From assembly GCA_041303965.1 (NCBI GenBank), contig JBFYOD010000037.1, positions 8,693 through 72,692 of the forward strand: 64,000 bases of DNA, read 5' to 3'. Of the stretch, positions 47,423 through 58,730 are shown one piece after another. The notes beneath the pieces are model-generated. The model was not told the DNA's origin. It saw nothing but the letters and a program-made list of their open reading frames with translations, and did not search any database. This DNA comes from Candidatus Aminicenantes bacterium. GTDB taxonomy: Bacteria > Acidobacteriota > Aminicenantia > Aminicenantales > Saccharicenantaceae. A program made the position numbers and the translations under genes. Every line of letters starts with the position of its first letter. Position 1 is the first letter of the stretch.

Positions 47423-49713
47423 GACCGTCCCCGCACGAGTTTTAGGCTCTTGTGTTCCCGGGCCAGGTTCAGGCTTTTATAGATGTCCGGATCCCGCGAA
47501 ACGACGGGCCCTCTCGCAGGCTTCGATATCCGGTCCGTACCGGCGACGACGAAGGCCTCCGCTCCCCCGGCATCATCTTCAAGGAATGCTTCGCCGGGTT
47601 CGCCGCCGACCGGGCCGAGGGCCTTGAACGCAAGCGCGGTCCGGGCAAGGTCCGCCCGAACCTCCTCCACCGAATGATACCGGAAACCGGACGCGCCGAG
47701 TTTCGTCGCCAGCAGGCTCAGGATAGACCAGCCGGGCCTGGCCGCGCCTAACGGACCGATGGCCGCGCCCGAGACCTGGATCCTCCCCTCGACGTTGACG
47801 GTGGTCCCCGCCGCTTCGAAGGCCGTTGTCTCAGGCAGGAGGAAGTCCGCAGCCTCGGCCTGTTCGTCCGTGTAACTCCCTTGGAAGATGACGAGCTCCG
47901 CCTCTCCCGGCCGGACCTTCGCCGACGGACCGGCGATATAGAGGGCTCGGGGCGCCGGGCCGGCGGAAGCTCCGGAGCGTCCTGCCGCGCCGGGGAACCG
48001 CGCCGCGAACACAGAGGCTATGGCCAGCGCGCCGCGCAAGTTGGCACCGCCGTCTAGCGGGACGAGCCGGCCTCCGGCCAGCAAAGCCAGGTTGACGAGC
48101 GACGTCGGTCCTTCCGGGCAGCTGCCGGCCTTCAAAAAATCGGTCCCGAACAGGATCATCAGCGGCTTGACGCCGGTGAGCAGCCGGGCGATTTCGAGGA
48201 GCCGCTCTTTGGAAATCCCAAGGGCGCGCCGGGCCTTGGCGTTATCGAACTTGCCGAACGACGTTTTGAACTCTCCGAATCCCCGGGTCCGTGTGGCCGG
48301 CGTCCCCGGGCTTTCCAAAAGGGAAGCGGTCAAGGCCGAGAGCAGGAGATCGTCTTTCCCGGCCGGGATCCCGAGGTCGACGGCGCCGGACGGAGAATAA
48401 TGCCCGTCGGCCGGACCGACGCTGATCACTCTGGCGCCTTTCCGGAGAGCCCGGACGACCTCGAGGTTGACGAGCGGTTGGGTGAGAGGCAGGTTCTCGC
48501 CGAGGAGCAGGATCGTTCCCGCCCGGCCGATGTCGGACAGCCGGGAGTTCAGCGGAATGGTCCAGCCCGCCCCCCAAGCTGCTTCGGAGAGCCGCGCCGC
48601 CGCGGACTCGGACCAGGGGCCGGAGACGGAGCGGGCCTTGAGTGTTTCGGATGCGAACCGGTGGAGGACGAGGAGGTCCTCGCAGGAACTGTCGGCCGAG
48701 GCCTCGACGGCGATCTCGCCGGGCCGGTAGCCGGCCAGGCGTGCCGCCGCGGCCTCCAGGGTTTCCTCCCAGGAGGCTTTACGGAGAGAGCCATTGTCCC
48801 TGATCATCGGCTGGAGAAGCCGGCGTGGATGATGGACGGCGGCTTTGACCAGGAACCGGCCTCTGACGCAGGCCTGGCCGCGATTGACCGGGCCTTCCGG
48901 GTCGGGCGCCGCCCCCAGGACCCGGCCTTCCCTCGACTTGACGAGAAGTCCGCACCCTTGTCCGCAGAGCGGGCAGACGACCTTGGTCTCGGTCTCAACC
49001 GGTCGCTCATAGCGCACGGCCCGCTCCGTGAGCGATCCCGTCGGGCAGACGTCGACGCATGCGCCGCAGAACTGGCATCCCGAATCGAGCAGCCGGCGGT
49101 CGAGAGCCGTGCCGATCACGGTCCCGGACCCCCGGGAAACGAAGGTGAGAACGGAAGCACCGCGGACCTCCTGGCACACCCGGACGCAGCGCCCGCAGAG
49201 AATGCAAAGGCTGTTGTCGCGGTCGATGAACGGGTCGTCCCGGCGGACTTCGCCTGGGCGGCGATGACTGGGAAAGGGGACGAGCGCGAGGCCCATGGCT
49301 TCGACGACCCGTTGGAGCTCGCACCGGCCGTTGGCGGGGCAGAGTACGCAGCCCGTGACCTCGCCCGTTTTCCGGATCGTCGATTTGAAGTCGTCGCAGG
49401 ACGGCTTTTCGGAGCAGATCAGGCAGGCGTGGGGATGTTCGGCCAGGATGAGCTCGAGGATGCCCCGTCGCAGGGCCTGGAGCTCGGGCGTCGAGGTGAT
49501 GACGTCCATGTCTTCTTCCGCCGTTGTGCTGCAGGCGGGGACGAGGCCCTTCCGGCCCTTGACCTCGACGAGACAGAGGCGGCAGGCCGCATACGGGTCG
49601 AGTCCGGGGTGGTCGCAGAGCGAGGGGATGAAGACGCCGTTGGCCCGGGCGGCTTCGAGAAGCGTGGGCCGGCCTTCCACGGTGACCGCGAGGCCGTCGA
49701 TCCTGAGCTTCAT
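47413..49713 (-). CDS. NuoG-like iron-sulfur subunit ([2Fe-2S] + His-ligated and Cys4 [4Fe-4S] clusters + molybdopterin-fold domain without cofactor motifs)
   Basis: Start trimmed to MKLRIDGL directly after the NuoF stop; cluster motifs CDHPGLDPYAACRLC, HPHACLICSEKPSC, CILCGRCVRVC, CQFCGACVDVC, CPLCGQGCG; 766 aa. Confidence 0.75.
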   Translation of the reverse strand: MKLRIDGLAVTVEGRPTLLEAARANGVFIPSLCDHPGLDPYAACRLCLVEVKGRKGLVPACSTTAEEDMDVITSTPELQALRRGILELILAEHPHACLICSEKPSCDDFKSTIRKTGEVTGCVLCPANGRCELQRVVEAMGLALVPFPSHRRPGEVRRDDPFIDRDNSLCILCGRCVRVCQEVRGASVLTFVSRGSGTVIGTALDRRLLDSGCQFCGACVDVCPTGSLTERAVRYERPVETETKVVCPLCGQGCGLLVKSREGRVLGAAPDPEGPVNRGQACVRGRFLVKAAVHHPRRLLQPMIRDNGSLRKASWEETLEAAAARLAGYRPGEIAVEASADSSCEDLLVLHRFASETLKARSVSGPWSESAAARLSEAAWGAGWTIPLNSRLSDIGRAGTILLLGENLPLTQPLVNLEVVRALRKGARVISVGPADGHYSPSGAVDLGIPAGKDDLLLSALTASLLESPGTPATRTRGFGEFKTSFGKFDNAKARRALGISKERLLEIARLLTGVKPLMILFGTDFLKAGSCPEGPTSLVNLALLAGGRLVPLDGGANLRGALAIASVFAARFPGAAGRSGASAGPAPRALYIAGPSAKVRPGEAELVIFQGSYTDEQAEAADFLLPETTAFEAAGTTVNVEGRIQVSGAAIGPLGAARPGWSILSLLATKLGASGFRYHSVEEVRADLARTALAFKALGPVGGEPGEAFLEDDAGGAEAFVVAGTDRISKPARGPVVSRDPDIYKSLNLAREHKSLKLVRGRSCR

Positions 49714-51563
49714 GCGTCTTTCGGGACGGCCGCCCCGCCTCGCAGGGCCCGGCCCCGCTCTCCCGTATATTTCGTCACGGCCTGGATTTTGGCCGGGCAG
49801 ACGTTGAAACAGGCGCCGCACTTGATGCAAGCGGCCTGATCGATGACATGGACTTTTTTCCGCTCCCCGGAAATGGCGTTGACCGGGCAACTTTTCAGGC
49901 AGAGCAGACAGCCGACGCATTTCTCGGGGTCGATGAAGTAGGTGATCAGGTTCTTGCAGACGCGGGCCGGGCAGGTCCGGTCGACGATATGAGCCAGGTA
50001 TTCATTACGGAAATAGCGCAATGTGGACAGGACGGGGTTCGGGGCTGTTTGCCCCAGCCCGCAGAGGGACCCCTGCTTCACCGTCAGGGCGAGGGTTTCC
50101 AGTTTTTTGATGTCCTCGAGGGTGCCCTCTCCGGCGGTGATCCTAGCCAGGATCTCGGCCATCTGGCGCGTGCCGATCCGGCAGGGGGAGCATTTGCCGC
50201 AGGATTCCTCTTGGGTGAAACGCAGGAAATAGAGGGCGATGTCCACCATGCAGGTGTCCTCGTCCATGACGATCATGCCGCCCGAGCCCATCATGGCCCC
50301 CGCCTGGGTCAGGCTTTCATAATCGATGGGCAAGTCGAGAAGTTCTTTGGGGATGCAGCCGCCCGACGGGCCGCCGATCTGGACCGCTTTGAACTCGCGG
50401 CCCTTGGGGATGCCGCCGCCGATAGCGAAGACGATGTCGCGCAGGCGGATGCCCATGGGAACTTCAACGAGTCCCGTATTGTTGATCTTGCCGACGAGCG
50501 AAAAGATCTTCGTGCCTTTGCTCGTCTCGGTTCCCAAGCTGGAAAACCAGGCGGAACCACGGCGGATGATGGAGGCGACGTTGGCCCAGGTCTCGACGTT
50601 GTTGATCACGGTCGGCTGTCCCCAGAGGCCATGTTGAGCCGGGTAGGGAGGCCTCTGCCGGGGATAGGCCCGCTGGCCTTCGATGGAGGCGATCAAAGCC
50701 GTCTCCTCGCCCGAAACGAAGGCGCCGGCGCCCCGGACGATCTCGAGGTCGAAGTCGAATCCCGTCCCCAGGATGTCCTTGCCCAACAGGCCCATTTCAC
50801 GGGCTTGCTCAAGGGCGATGCCGATACGCGAGACGGCCAAGGGGTACTCGTCGCGGATATAGATGAATCCCCGAGCAGCGCCGATCGCTTTGGCGCCGAT
50901 GATCATCCCCTCCAGGACGGCGTGGGGGTCGGCTTCGAGGACGGAACGGTCCATGAACGCCCCGGGGTCCCCTTCGTCGCCATTGCAGATCAAGTACTTG
51001 GGCGCGCTCGGTTGCCGCCGGCAGAGGTCCCACTTCCGGCCCGTGGGGAATCCGGCGCCGCCCCGTCCCCTCAATCCCGCGGCGCTGATCTCAGCGACGA
51101 TGGCCTCAGGAGTCATGTTGGCCAGGGCGTTGGCCGCGGCCTCGTAGCCGTCGTAAGCGATATACTCTTCGATCTTTTCCGGGTCGATGCGGCCCCGGTT
51201 CCGAAGGACGATCAGCCGCTGGTGTTTGAAAAATTCGATGTCCGCCATTTTGGGGACCGGCGCAACGGCCGCCGGGGGGACATACATGAACTTCCGGACC
51301 GGACGCCCCTTGAGCAGGTGTTCCTCGACGAGGAAGGGGACGTCCGCGACGGTGAGGCGCTGGTAGAAAATGCCATCGGGGTGGACCATGAGGATCGGCC
51401 CTCTTTCGCAAAAGCCGTTGCAACCGGTGGCGATGACGAGAACTTCGTTTTGGAGCCCGCGCCGGGCGACTTCTTTCTCCAGGGCCTCCTTGACGGTGAA
51501 GGCGCCGCAGGAAACACATCCCGTTCCGGCGCAGACAAGAAGATGGGTCCGGTAGGTCGGCAT
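49710..51563 (-). CDS. NuoF-like NAD(P)H-binding flavoprotein (FMN, [4Fe-4S]) with N-terminal thioredoxin-like [2Fe-2S] and C-terminal 2x[4Fe-4S] ferredoxin domains
   Basis: Motifs GRGGAGFPTGRKW, EESCGKCSPCR, C-terminal CVGCLLCLKSCP...CIKCGACFNVCP; 617 aa, HydB/HndC-like architecture. Confidence 0.8.
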   Translation of the reverse strand: MPTYRTHLLVCAGTGCVSCGAFTVKEALEKEVARRGLQNEVLVIATGCNGFCERGPILMVHPDGIFYQRLTVADVPFLVEEHLLKGRPVRKFMYVPPAAVAPVPKMADIEFFKHQRLIVLRNRGRIDPEKIEEYIAYDGYEAAANALANMTPEAIVAEISAAGLRGRGGAGFPTGRKWDLCRRQPSAPKYLICNGDEGDPGAFMDRSVLEADPHAVLEGMIIGAKAIGAARGFIYIRDEYPLAVSRIGIALEQAREMGLLGKDILGTGFDFDLEIVRGAGAFVSGEETALIASIEGQRAYPRQRPPYPAQHGLWGQPTVINNVETWANVASIIRRGSAWFSSLGTETSKGTKIFSLVGKINNTGLVEVPMGIRLRDIVFAIGGGIPKGREFKAVQIGGPSGGCIPKELLDLPIDYESLTQAGAMMGSGGMIVMDEDTCMVDIALYFLRFTQEESCGKCSPCRIGTRQMAEILARITAGEGTLEDIKKLETLALTVKQGSLCGLGQTAPNPVLSTLRYFRNEYLAHIVDRTCPARVCKNLITYFIDPEKCVGCLLCLKSCPVNAISGERKKVHVIDQAACIKCGACFNVCPAKIQAVTKYTGERGRALRGGAAVPKDA

Positions 51564-51565
51564 GG

Positions 51566-52084
51566 CTATTCCGACGGGCCCGTCAGGATTTCGAGAATCT
51601 GATTGGCCTTGGTTTCGGTCATTTGGCCATGATAACGGCCGTCCACGACGGCGAGGGGAGCCAGGGCGCAGGCCCCCAGGCAGTTCACCCGTTCCAGGGT
51701 ATATTCCCGGCCGGGCGAGGTCTCTCCGGCCCGGATGCCGAGCTTTCGTTCGAAGTGCTCGAGGATCGCGGCGCCGCCGCGGACGTGGCAGGCCGTTCCC
51801 ATGCAGACTGTGCAGATATGCTGGCCCCGGGGCTCGAGGCTGAAGGACCTATAAAATGTCGCCACGCTGTAGACGTGGGCTAGGGGAACGCCCAGCTCCC
51901 GGGCCGCCGCTGCGAGCGTTTCCGGCGCGAGCCAGCGGAACCGTTCTTGGAGATCCTGGAGGATCTGAATGACGGCCCGCTTTTGCCCGCCGTATCTCTC
52001 GGCGATCCCGCGCACGACGGCGCTAAGGTCTTCCGTGAGAGGGACTTTACCGGAGGGGTCGACCTTTTGGCTTATCTGCGGCAT
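51566..52084 (-). CDS. NuoE-like [2Fe-2S] thioredoxin-fold subunit
   Basis: CTVCMGTACHVRG ... CLGACALAP cluster motif; 172 aa. Confidence 0.8.
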   Translation of the reverse strand: MPQISQKVDPSGKVPLTEDLSAVVRGIAERYGGQKRAVIQILQDLQERFRWLAPETLAAAARELGVPLAHVYSVATFYRSFSLEPRGQHICTVCMGTACHVRGGAAILEHFERKLGIRAGETSPGREYTLERVNCLGACALAPLAVVDGRYHGQMTETKANQILEILTGPSE

Positions 52085-52137
52085 ATCGGGAGTACCTTAC
52101 AGAAAAGCCCGAGCGCTTGTCAACGATTTTTCCGCCG

Positions 52138-52722
52138 TCAGCGGCAACGCTGCCAGTCGGATTCGCTGAAGAGGCGGTCCAGTTCCTTCCACAGGTCTTT
52201 GACTTCGCAGCGCATGACGATCAGGTCTTGGGATTCGCCCCCGAGGTCCTTGACGAAATCGGCGAGCAGCGATTCCTCGCGGAATCCGAGCCGCCGGAAG
52301 ATCTTCTGGGCCCCGGCTTGGGGCCGCATCATGCGGGCCACGATGGTCGTGAGCTGGTTCTGGACGGCGATGAAATAGAGCTCGCGGATCATAATCGTGC
52401 CCAGGCCCCGGTGCTGAAAAGGGCGGGCGATGATCACGCGGATCTCCCCCTGGTGTTTGCTCCAGGTTTCCCCCGAGAGCTCCAGGGCTCCGCTGGCCAC
52501 GATCACTCCGCCGTGTACGGCCGCGATGCGGACGTCGTCGCCGTTCTCGACTCGCCGAAGTCTCTTGGCCACGACTTTCCGGTCCGTGACGTCGAACTTC
52601 AGGTATTTCCGGTCCTCCTCAGGCAGGGAGCCGTAAAATTCCATCAACTTGTCGATGTCGTTCGCCGTGAGCCGCCGGATCGTCACCTCCGTGCCGTCCT
52701 TCATTCTCTCCGTCTTGTCCAT
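52138..52722 (-). CDS. GNAT-family acetyltransferase
   Basis: Acetyl-CoA-binding motif RPFQHRGLGTIMIREL. Confidence 0.65.
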   Translation of the reverse strand: MDKTERMKDGTEVTIRRLTANDIDKLMEFYGSLPEEDRKYLKFDVTDRKVVAKRLRRVENGDDVRIAAVHGGVIVASGALELSGETWSKHQGEIRVIIARPFQHRGLGTIMIRELYFIAVQNQLTTIVARMMRPQAGAQKIFRRLGFREESLLADFVKDLGGESQDLIVMRCEVKDLWKELDRLFSESDWQRCR

Positions 52723-52915
52723 GCGCGCGTTTTCCCTTTCTGCGAATTTTCGTACTTTGATCCTGCCTCCTATATATATGAGGGGAATTTCGAATTGTCA
52801 AGCTTCGGCCGATTGATCCGTTCGCGGGGCTCAGGGCTAACCCCGAACAAACCCCGGCCCCGGAATTCATGCCGGGGAGTCCAATGTTTGACAGGACTCC
52901 GACGCCGGTGCTATT

Positions 52916-54958
52916 GTGAGCCAAGGTGGACCGATGCCCATCCGACAAGTTGTCCGGCGGTTCCTTGATTTGTCCTTACGGCGCAAGCTCATCCTGAGTT
53001 TTCTCGTCGTTATCGCCCTCGGCGGGGTCCTGACCCTCATCATCGGTACGCGGATCGAGCACCAGACCATCATCTCTCTGGCCGAGGCCAAGGTCAGGCA
53101 CGATCTGGCTTCGGCTTGGATGGTCTATGAAGAACGGCTGCACAGCCTCCGGGACACTATCCGGCTCAGCGCCACGCAGGAGTTCCTCCGGGCGGCCCTT
53201 CGGCAAGCGGACCTCGACAAGGTCGCCGTGCGGCTCGACGGGGTCCGCCGGGAGTTCGGCCTCGACGTCCTTAACCTCACGGACGCCCTTGGCCGCGTTG
53301 TGGTCCGGTCGCGGCGTGCCGACGCGACGGTCGGCGACGACATCACCCGGGATCCTTTCGTCGCCGTCGCGCTCCGGAAAGAGGTTTCCGCCGGGACCTG
53401 GATCGCCTCCCGGGAGGAGCTCCTTAAGGAGGGAGCCGACCTCGCCGAACGGGCGTACTTTCAATTCATCCCGACGCCCATGGCGGCCGCGAGGTCCGAA
53501 GACCATGAGGACAGGGGCATGATGCTCACGGCGGCCGCCCCCGTCGTGGACGACTCGGGCGTCCTCCTCGGCGTCCTGACAGGCGGCCTGCTGTTCAACC
53601 GGAACTACGACCTCGTTGACCGGGTCAAGGAGATCGTCTTTAAAGGGGAGAAATACAAGGGCCATGATATCGGAACGGCGACCTTGTTCCAGGACGACCT
53701 TCGGATCGCCACCAATGTCCTCGACGACCAGGGCAACCGGGCCGTGGGAACACGGGTTTCCCGAGAGGTCAAGGAGGCCGTGCTCGACCGGGGAGAAACC
53801 TACGTCGGGAGGGCTTTCGTGGTGACGGCTTGGTACATCACGGCCTACCGGCCGATCAAGGACATCGCAGGACGGACGATCGGTATTCTTTATGTCGGCA
53901 TGCTGGAAAGACCTTATGTCGACCTGCGCAACCGGGTCATGGCCACGTTTGCCGGCATGGCCGCCCTGTGCGCTCTCTTCATCCTCGGTCTGCTGTCGTT
54001 CGTCGCCCGCCGCATCACCCGCCCTCTGGCCGTCATGGTCGACGCAACGGGCAGGATCGCCCAGGGCGACCTGCGGCATCGGGTCGACCTCAAAGGCCAG
54101 GACGAGATCGGCCAGCTGGCCCGGGCGTTCAACCTGATGACCGACGAGCTCAGCCTGGCCCATGAAGACCTGACCCAGTGGGGGCGGACCCTGGAGCAGC
54201 GCGTCGAGGAGCGCACGCGGGAGCTGCGCGAGACCCAGGACCAACTCGTCGTCTCGGAAAAGCTGGCGTCACTTGGCAAAATGGCCGCCGGCGTCGCCCA
54301 CGAAATTAATAATCCATTGACCACGATCCTGATCAACACTCATCTCCTTCTCGAGCGGCCCGGCAGGGACGCGGACGAGGGGGAGGCCCTGAACCTCATC
54401 GCCGACGAGACGACCCGCTGTGCCGGCATCGTCAGGGGCCTGCTGGATTTCGCCCGCTTGACTCCCTCGCAGGCGGTCCCGACGGACATCAACGACATCA
54501 TCGACAGGACTCTCCTGCTCCTCGAAAAGCAGGCTTTGGTCCGCAACATCCAGATCGAGAAGGCCTTGGACCGCACGCTCCCCCCGATCGAGGTCGACAA
54601 GAACAAGATCCAGCAGGTCTTCTCCAACCTGGCCATCAACGCCTGCGAGGCCATGCCCAGGGGCGGGACGCTCGTCGTCGGGAGCCTTATGTGCCGCGAC
54701 GGAACCCATATCGAGATCACCTTCACCGATACGGGCGTGGGGATCTCCAAGGAGAATATCCCCAGGCTGTTCGATCCCTTCTTTACCACAAAGAGCTTCG
54801 GGACGGGATTGGGCCTGGCCGTAAGCTACGGGATCATCCGGCAGCGCGGCGGGACGATCCTCGTCCGCAGCACGGTGGGGAAGGGCACGGTGTTCACGGT
54901 CCGCATCCCCCTGGCCGATCAGGGGGAAGAGAAACGCATCGAGGAGGAGCCGCAATGA
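52916..54958 (+). CDS. Sensor histidine kinase (periplasmic dCache-like domain, HAMP, HisKA, HATPase)
   Basis: Two TM helices flanking an approx 300-aa periplasmic region; HAMP then H-box VAHEINNPL; N/G1/G2 ATPase boxes (NLAINACEAM, DTGVGI, GTGLGL). Confidence 0.8.
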   Translation: MSQGGPMPIRQVVRRFLDLSLRRKLILSFLVVIALGGVLTLIIGTRIEHQTIISLAEAKVRHDLASAWMVYEERLHSLRDTIRLSATQEFLRAALRQADLDKVAVRLDGVRREFGLDVLNLTDALGRVVVRSRRADATVGDDITRDPFVAVALRKEVSAGTWIASREELLKEGADLAERAYFQFIPTPMAAARSEDHEDRGMMLTAAAPVVDDSGVLLGVLTGGLLFNRNYDLVDRVKEIVFKGEKYKGHDIGTATLFQDDLRIATNVLDDQGNRAVGTRVSREVKEAVLDRGETYVGRAFVVTAWYITAYRPIKDIAGRTIGILYVGMLERPYVDLRNRVMATFAGMAALCALFILGLLSFVARRITRPLAVMVDATGRIAQGDLRHRVDLKGQDEIGQLARAFNLMTDELSLAHEDLTQWGRTLEQRVEERTRELRETQDQLVVSEKLASLGKMAAGVAHEINNPLTTILINTHLLLERPGRDADEGEALNLIADETTRCAGIVRGLLDFARLTPSQAVPTDINDIIDRTLLLLEKQALVRNIQIEKALDRTLPPIEVDKNKIQQVFSNLAINACEAMPRGGTLVVGSLMCRDGTHIEITFTDTGVGISKENIPRLFDPFFTTKSFGTGLGLAVSYGIIRQRGGTILVRSTVGKGTVFTVRIPLADQGEEKRIEEEPQ

Positions 54959-55365
54959 CAAAGCCGGGCAAGCACAGGATTCTCGTGGTGGATGACGAAC
55001 TGACGGTTTGTAAAAGCATCCGGCAAGTGCTCATCCGGGAGGATTGCGATGTCGATATGGTGCTCAGCGGCGAGGAGGCCCTTTGTAAAGAGGCCGAACA
55101 GTCCTATGACGTCATGATCGTCGACCTCATGATGCCCGGGCTCAGCGGTCTGGACCTGCTCAAGATGCTCAAGGCCCGGAACCCGAAGGCCCGCATCATC
55201 ATGGTGACGGGCTATCCGACGATGAAGAACACGCTCCAGGCCATGCAGCTCGGAGCGGTGGATTTCCTGCCCAAGCCCTTTCTCCCGACGACGCTCCGCA
55301 ACCTCGTCGCCGCGGCCCTCGAAACCGGAGGCGACGAACCGGAGGGGTCAGGCGCCTCGGGTTAG
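54955..55365 (+). CDS. Stand-alone response-regulator receiver domain protein
   Basis: Start [15 protein letters not shown] in ATGA overlap with the kinase stop; phospho-acceptor Asp in [10 protein letters not shown]; no output domain. Confidence 0.75.
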   Translation: MTKPGKHRILVVDDELTVCKSIRQVLIREDCDVDMVLSGEEALCKEAEQSYDVMIVDLMMPGLSGLDLLKMLKARNPKARIIMVTGYPTMKNTLQAMQLGAVDFLPKPFLPTTLRNLVAAALETGGDEPEGSGASG

Positions 55366-56226
55366 AGCCTCTCTCAGCTTGGCCCCGATCTCGGCCGGGC
55401 TGACGGCGACCCAGACGCCGGCCGCCCGGAGGGCGTCCATCTTCTCCTGGGCCGTTCCCTTGCCGCCGGCGATGATCGCCCCGGCGTGACCCATCCGCCG
55501 CCCCGGCGGGGCGGTCTGGCCGGCGATGAAGCCGACGACGGGCTTGGGGAAAGAGACCTTGATGTAGGCGGCGGCCTCGTCCTCGGCCGTGCCGCCGATC
55601 TCCCCGATCAGGATCACGGCCTCGGTCCCGGGGTCTTTCTTGAAGAGCTCAAGGAGCTCGATGTATTTGAGCCCGACGATCGGGTCGCCGCCGATGCCGA
55701 CCGCCGTCGACTGGCCATAGCCCTGCCGCGAGACCTGTTGGACGGCCTCGTAGGTTAAGGTCCCTGACCGTGAGATGATGCCGATCGTGCCCGCTTGATG
55801 AATGGGTCCGGGCATGATCCCGATCTTGGCCTTGCCGGGAGAAATAATGCCCGGCGTGTTCGGGCCGATGAGCGCGGACGGCTTGCCGCGGAGGTACGTC
55901 TTGACCTTCAGCATGTCGAAGGTCGGGATGCCCTCGGTGATGCAGACGATGAGCTTGAGGCCCGCGTCGGCGCATTCCATGATGGCGTCGGCCGCGGCGA
56001 ATGGCGGCACGAAGATCGCCGCCGCCTCGGCCCCCGCGGAAGCCGCGGCATCGGCCACGGTATTGAAAACGGGGACGCCGAGGTGTTTCGTCCCGCCCTT
56101 GCCGGGCGTCATGCCGGCCACGACCTGAGTGCCGTATTCGATCATCTTCTGGGCGTGGAACGTGCCTTCGCTGCCCGTGATCCCCAGAACGACGACCCGC
56201 GTTTTTTCATCGAGGAGAATGCTCAT
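55348..56226 (-). CDS. sucD: Succinyl-CoA synthetase alpha subunit
   Basis: CoA-binding Rossmann [13 protein letters not shown], phosphohistidine loop region ([15 protein letters not shown]). Confidence 0.9.
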   Translation of the reverse strand: MSILLDEKTRVVVLGITGSEGTFHAQKMIEYGTQVVAGMTPGKGGTKHLGVPVFNTVADAAASAGAEAAAIFVPPFAAADAIMECADAGLKLIVCITEGIPTFDMLKVKTYLRGKPSALIGPNTPGIISPGKAKIGIMPGPIHQAGTIGIISRSGTLTYEAVQQVSRQGYGQSTAVGIGGDPIVGLKYIELLELFKKDPGTEAVILIGEIGGTAEDEAAAYIKVSFPKPVVGFIAGQTAPPGRRMGHAGAIIAGGKGTAQEKMDALRAAGVWVAVSPAEIGAKLREALTRGA

Positions 56227-56247
56227 GGGATGCTCCTTGAACTCGGC

Positions 56248-57405
<1,158 letters not shown>

Positions 57406-57534
57406 CTCTGCCTCCCTTTTCTCGCCTATGAAAACGCCCGGCGCTCCGGGCCCATGCCTTATAGCAAAGGCCCTCCCGGTTGTCAAACATCCCGAGGCGG
57501 CGCGCCTAGCTCTTCCAGCCCGTCGCTCAAATGC

Positions 57535-57564
57535 TTGACAGCTCCCAAACAAAAAGACTATATT
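57535..57564 (+). promoter_or_regulatory. Sigma70-like promoter candidate (TTGACA-18nt-TATATT) in an AT-rich island upstream of the hydrogenase genes
   Basis: Read directly in the 359-bp sucC-to-hydrogenase intergenic region; followed by the short palindromes TGTC-N9-GACA and ACAAT-N10-ATTGT. Confidence 0.3.
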
Positions 57565-57764
57565 ACCTGTCTTTGAAAATGACAATGCACTCCATAATTG
57601 TTATATGAGCATTCATCGCCGGCCGAACAGGTTCTATCCGACGGTTCTCATCGGTGCGGCCTTTTTCAAATCCTTCGCACTCATCCCATTCCTGCATCCG
57701 CGGGCGGGGCGCCGGCCCGGCCCGAAAGGACTCCGGTCCTTATCCTTCCCTGAAAGGATCACCT

Positions 57765-58730
57765 ATGTCTAAGCCCAAATTCGCGGTTTACTGGGCGGCC
57801 AGCTGCGGCGGGTGCGAGATCGCCTTCCTCGACATCCGGGAGAAGATCCTTGACTTCGACGCGGCGGCGGACCTGGTCTTCTGTCCGTGCCTCATGGACA
57901 CCAAGTACAAGGACATCGAGGCCATGGCCGACGGCGAGATCGATGTCACCCTGTTCAACGGGGGCATCCGCAACGAGGAAAACCTCCACATCGCCAAGCT
58001 CCTCCGGCAGAAGTCCAAGGTCCTCGTCGCCTTCGGCTCCTGCGCCACGGAGGGTTGCATTCCCGGCCTGGCCAACCTCACGACGACGGACGAGATCATG
58101 GACTATGTGTATCGCCGTTCTCCGTCCGTCGAGGCGGGCAACACGACCCTTCCTCAGACCGTCACGGAAACCCCGTCGGGGCGGCTGACCCTGCCGGCCC
58201 TGTACGAAGTCCTGCGGCCCCTCGACCAGCTCGTGGACGTCGATTACCGGATGCCCGGCTGTCCGCCGGTGGCCGAGCAGATCTGGGCGGTCGCCGAAGC
58301 CGCCCTGACCGGGAAGCTGCCACCCAAAGGGTCCTTGGTGGGCGTCAATCCCAAGACCGTCTGTGACGAATGCAAGCGGACGAAAGAAGAGAAGAAGATC
58401 AAGGCCTTTCGCCGCCCCCACCTCGTCGACCCGCGTGACATCGACCCCAAGAAATGCCTTTTGGAGCAGGGGATCATCTGTAACGGCCCCGCTATCCATG
58501 CCGGCTGCGGAGCGCTCTGCCCCCAGGTCAACTTGGGTTGCCGGGGGTGTTATGGGCCGGCCGAGGGCATCCAGGACGTCGGGGCCAAGCTGGCCGGGGC
58601 CATCGCCTCGATCATCGACACCGACGACCCGGCTGAGATCCAGACGGCCGTCGACCAGATCGTCGACCCGGTGGGCACGTTCTACCGCTTCGGCCTGGCC
58701 GGCTCGCTCATCGGGAGGCGTATAAGATGA
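57765..58730 (+). CDS. [NiFe]-hydrogenase small subunit, group-3 (cytoplasmic) type
   Basis: Start MSKPKFAV with RBS AAAGGA; N-terminal ASCGGCE proximal-cluster motif; extra C-terminal Cys motifs (CDECK, CNGPAIHAGCGALCP, CRGCYGP) for medial/distal clusters; no Tat signal. Confidence 0.8.
   Translation: MSKPKFAVYWAASCGGCEIAFLDIREKILDFDAAADLVFCPCLMDTKYKDIEAMADGEIDVTLFNGGIRNEENLHIAKLLRQKSKVLVAFGSCATEGCIPGLANLTTTDEIMDYVYRRSPSVEAGNTTLPQTVTETPSGRLTLPALYEVLRPLDQLVDVDYRMPGCPPVAEQIWAVAEAALTGKLPPKGSLVGVNPKTVCDECKRTKEEKKIKAFRRPHLVDPRDIDPKKCLLEQGIICNGPAIHAGCGALCPQVNLGCRGCYGPAEGIQDVGAKLAGAIASIIDTDDPAEIQTAVDQIVDPVGTFYRFGLAGSLIGRRIR

Noticed and set aside
47413-49713. NuoG-like subunit considered as formate dehydrogenase alpha or [FeFe]-hydrogenase
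   Set aside because: No H-cluster motifs (TSCCPxW-like), no Sec/Cys Mo-ligand context, and too short for a Mo-bisPGD catalytic subunit; the FeS motif pattern matches NuoG/HndD N-terminal modules only.
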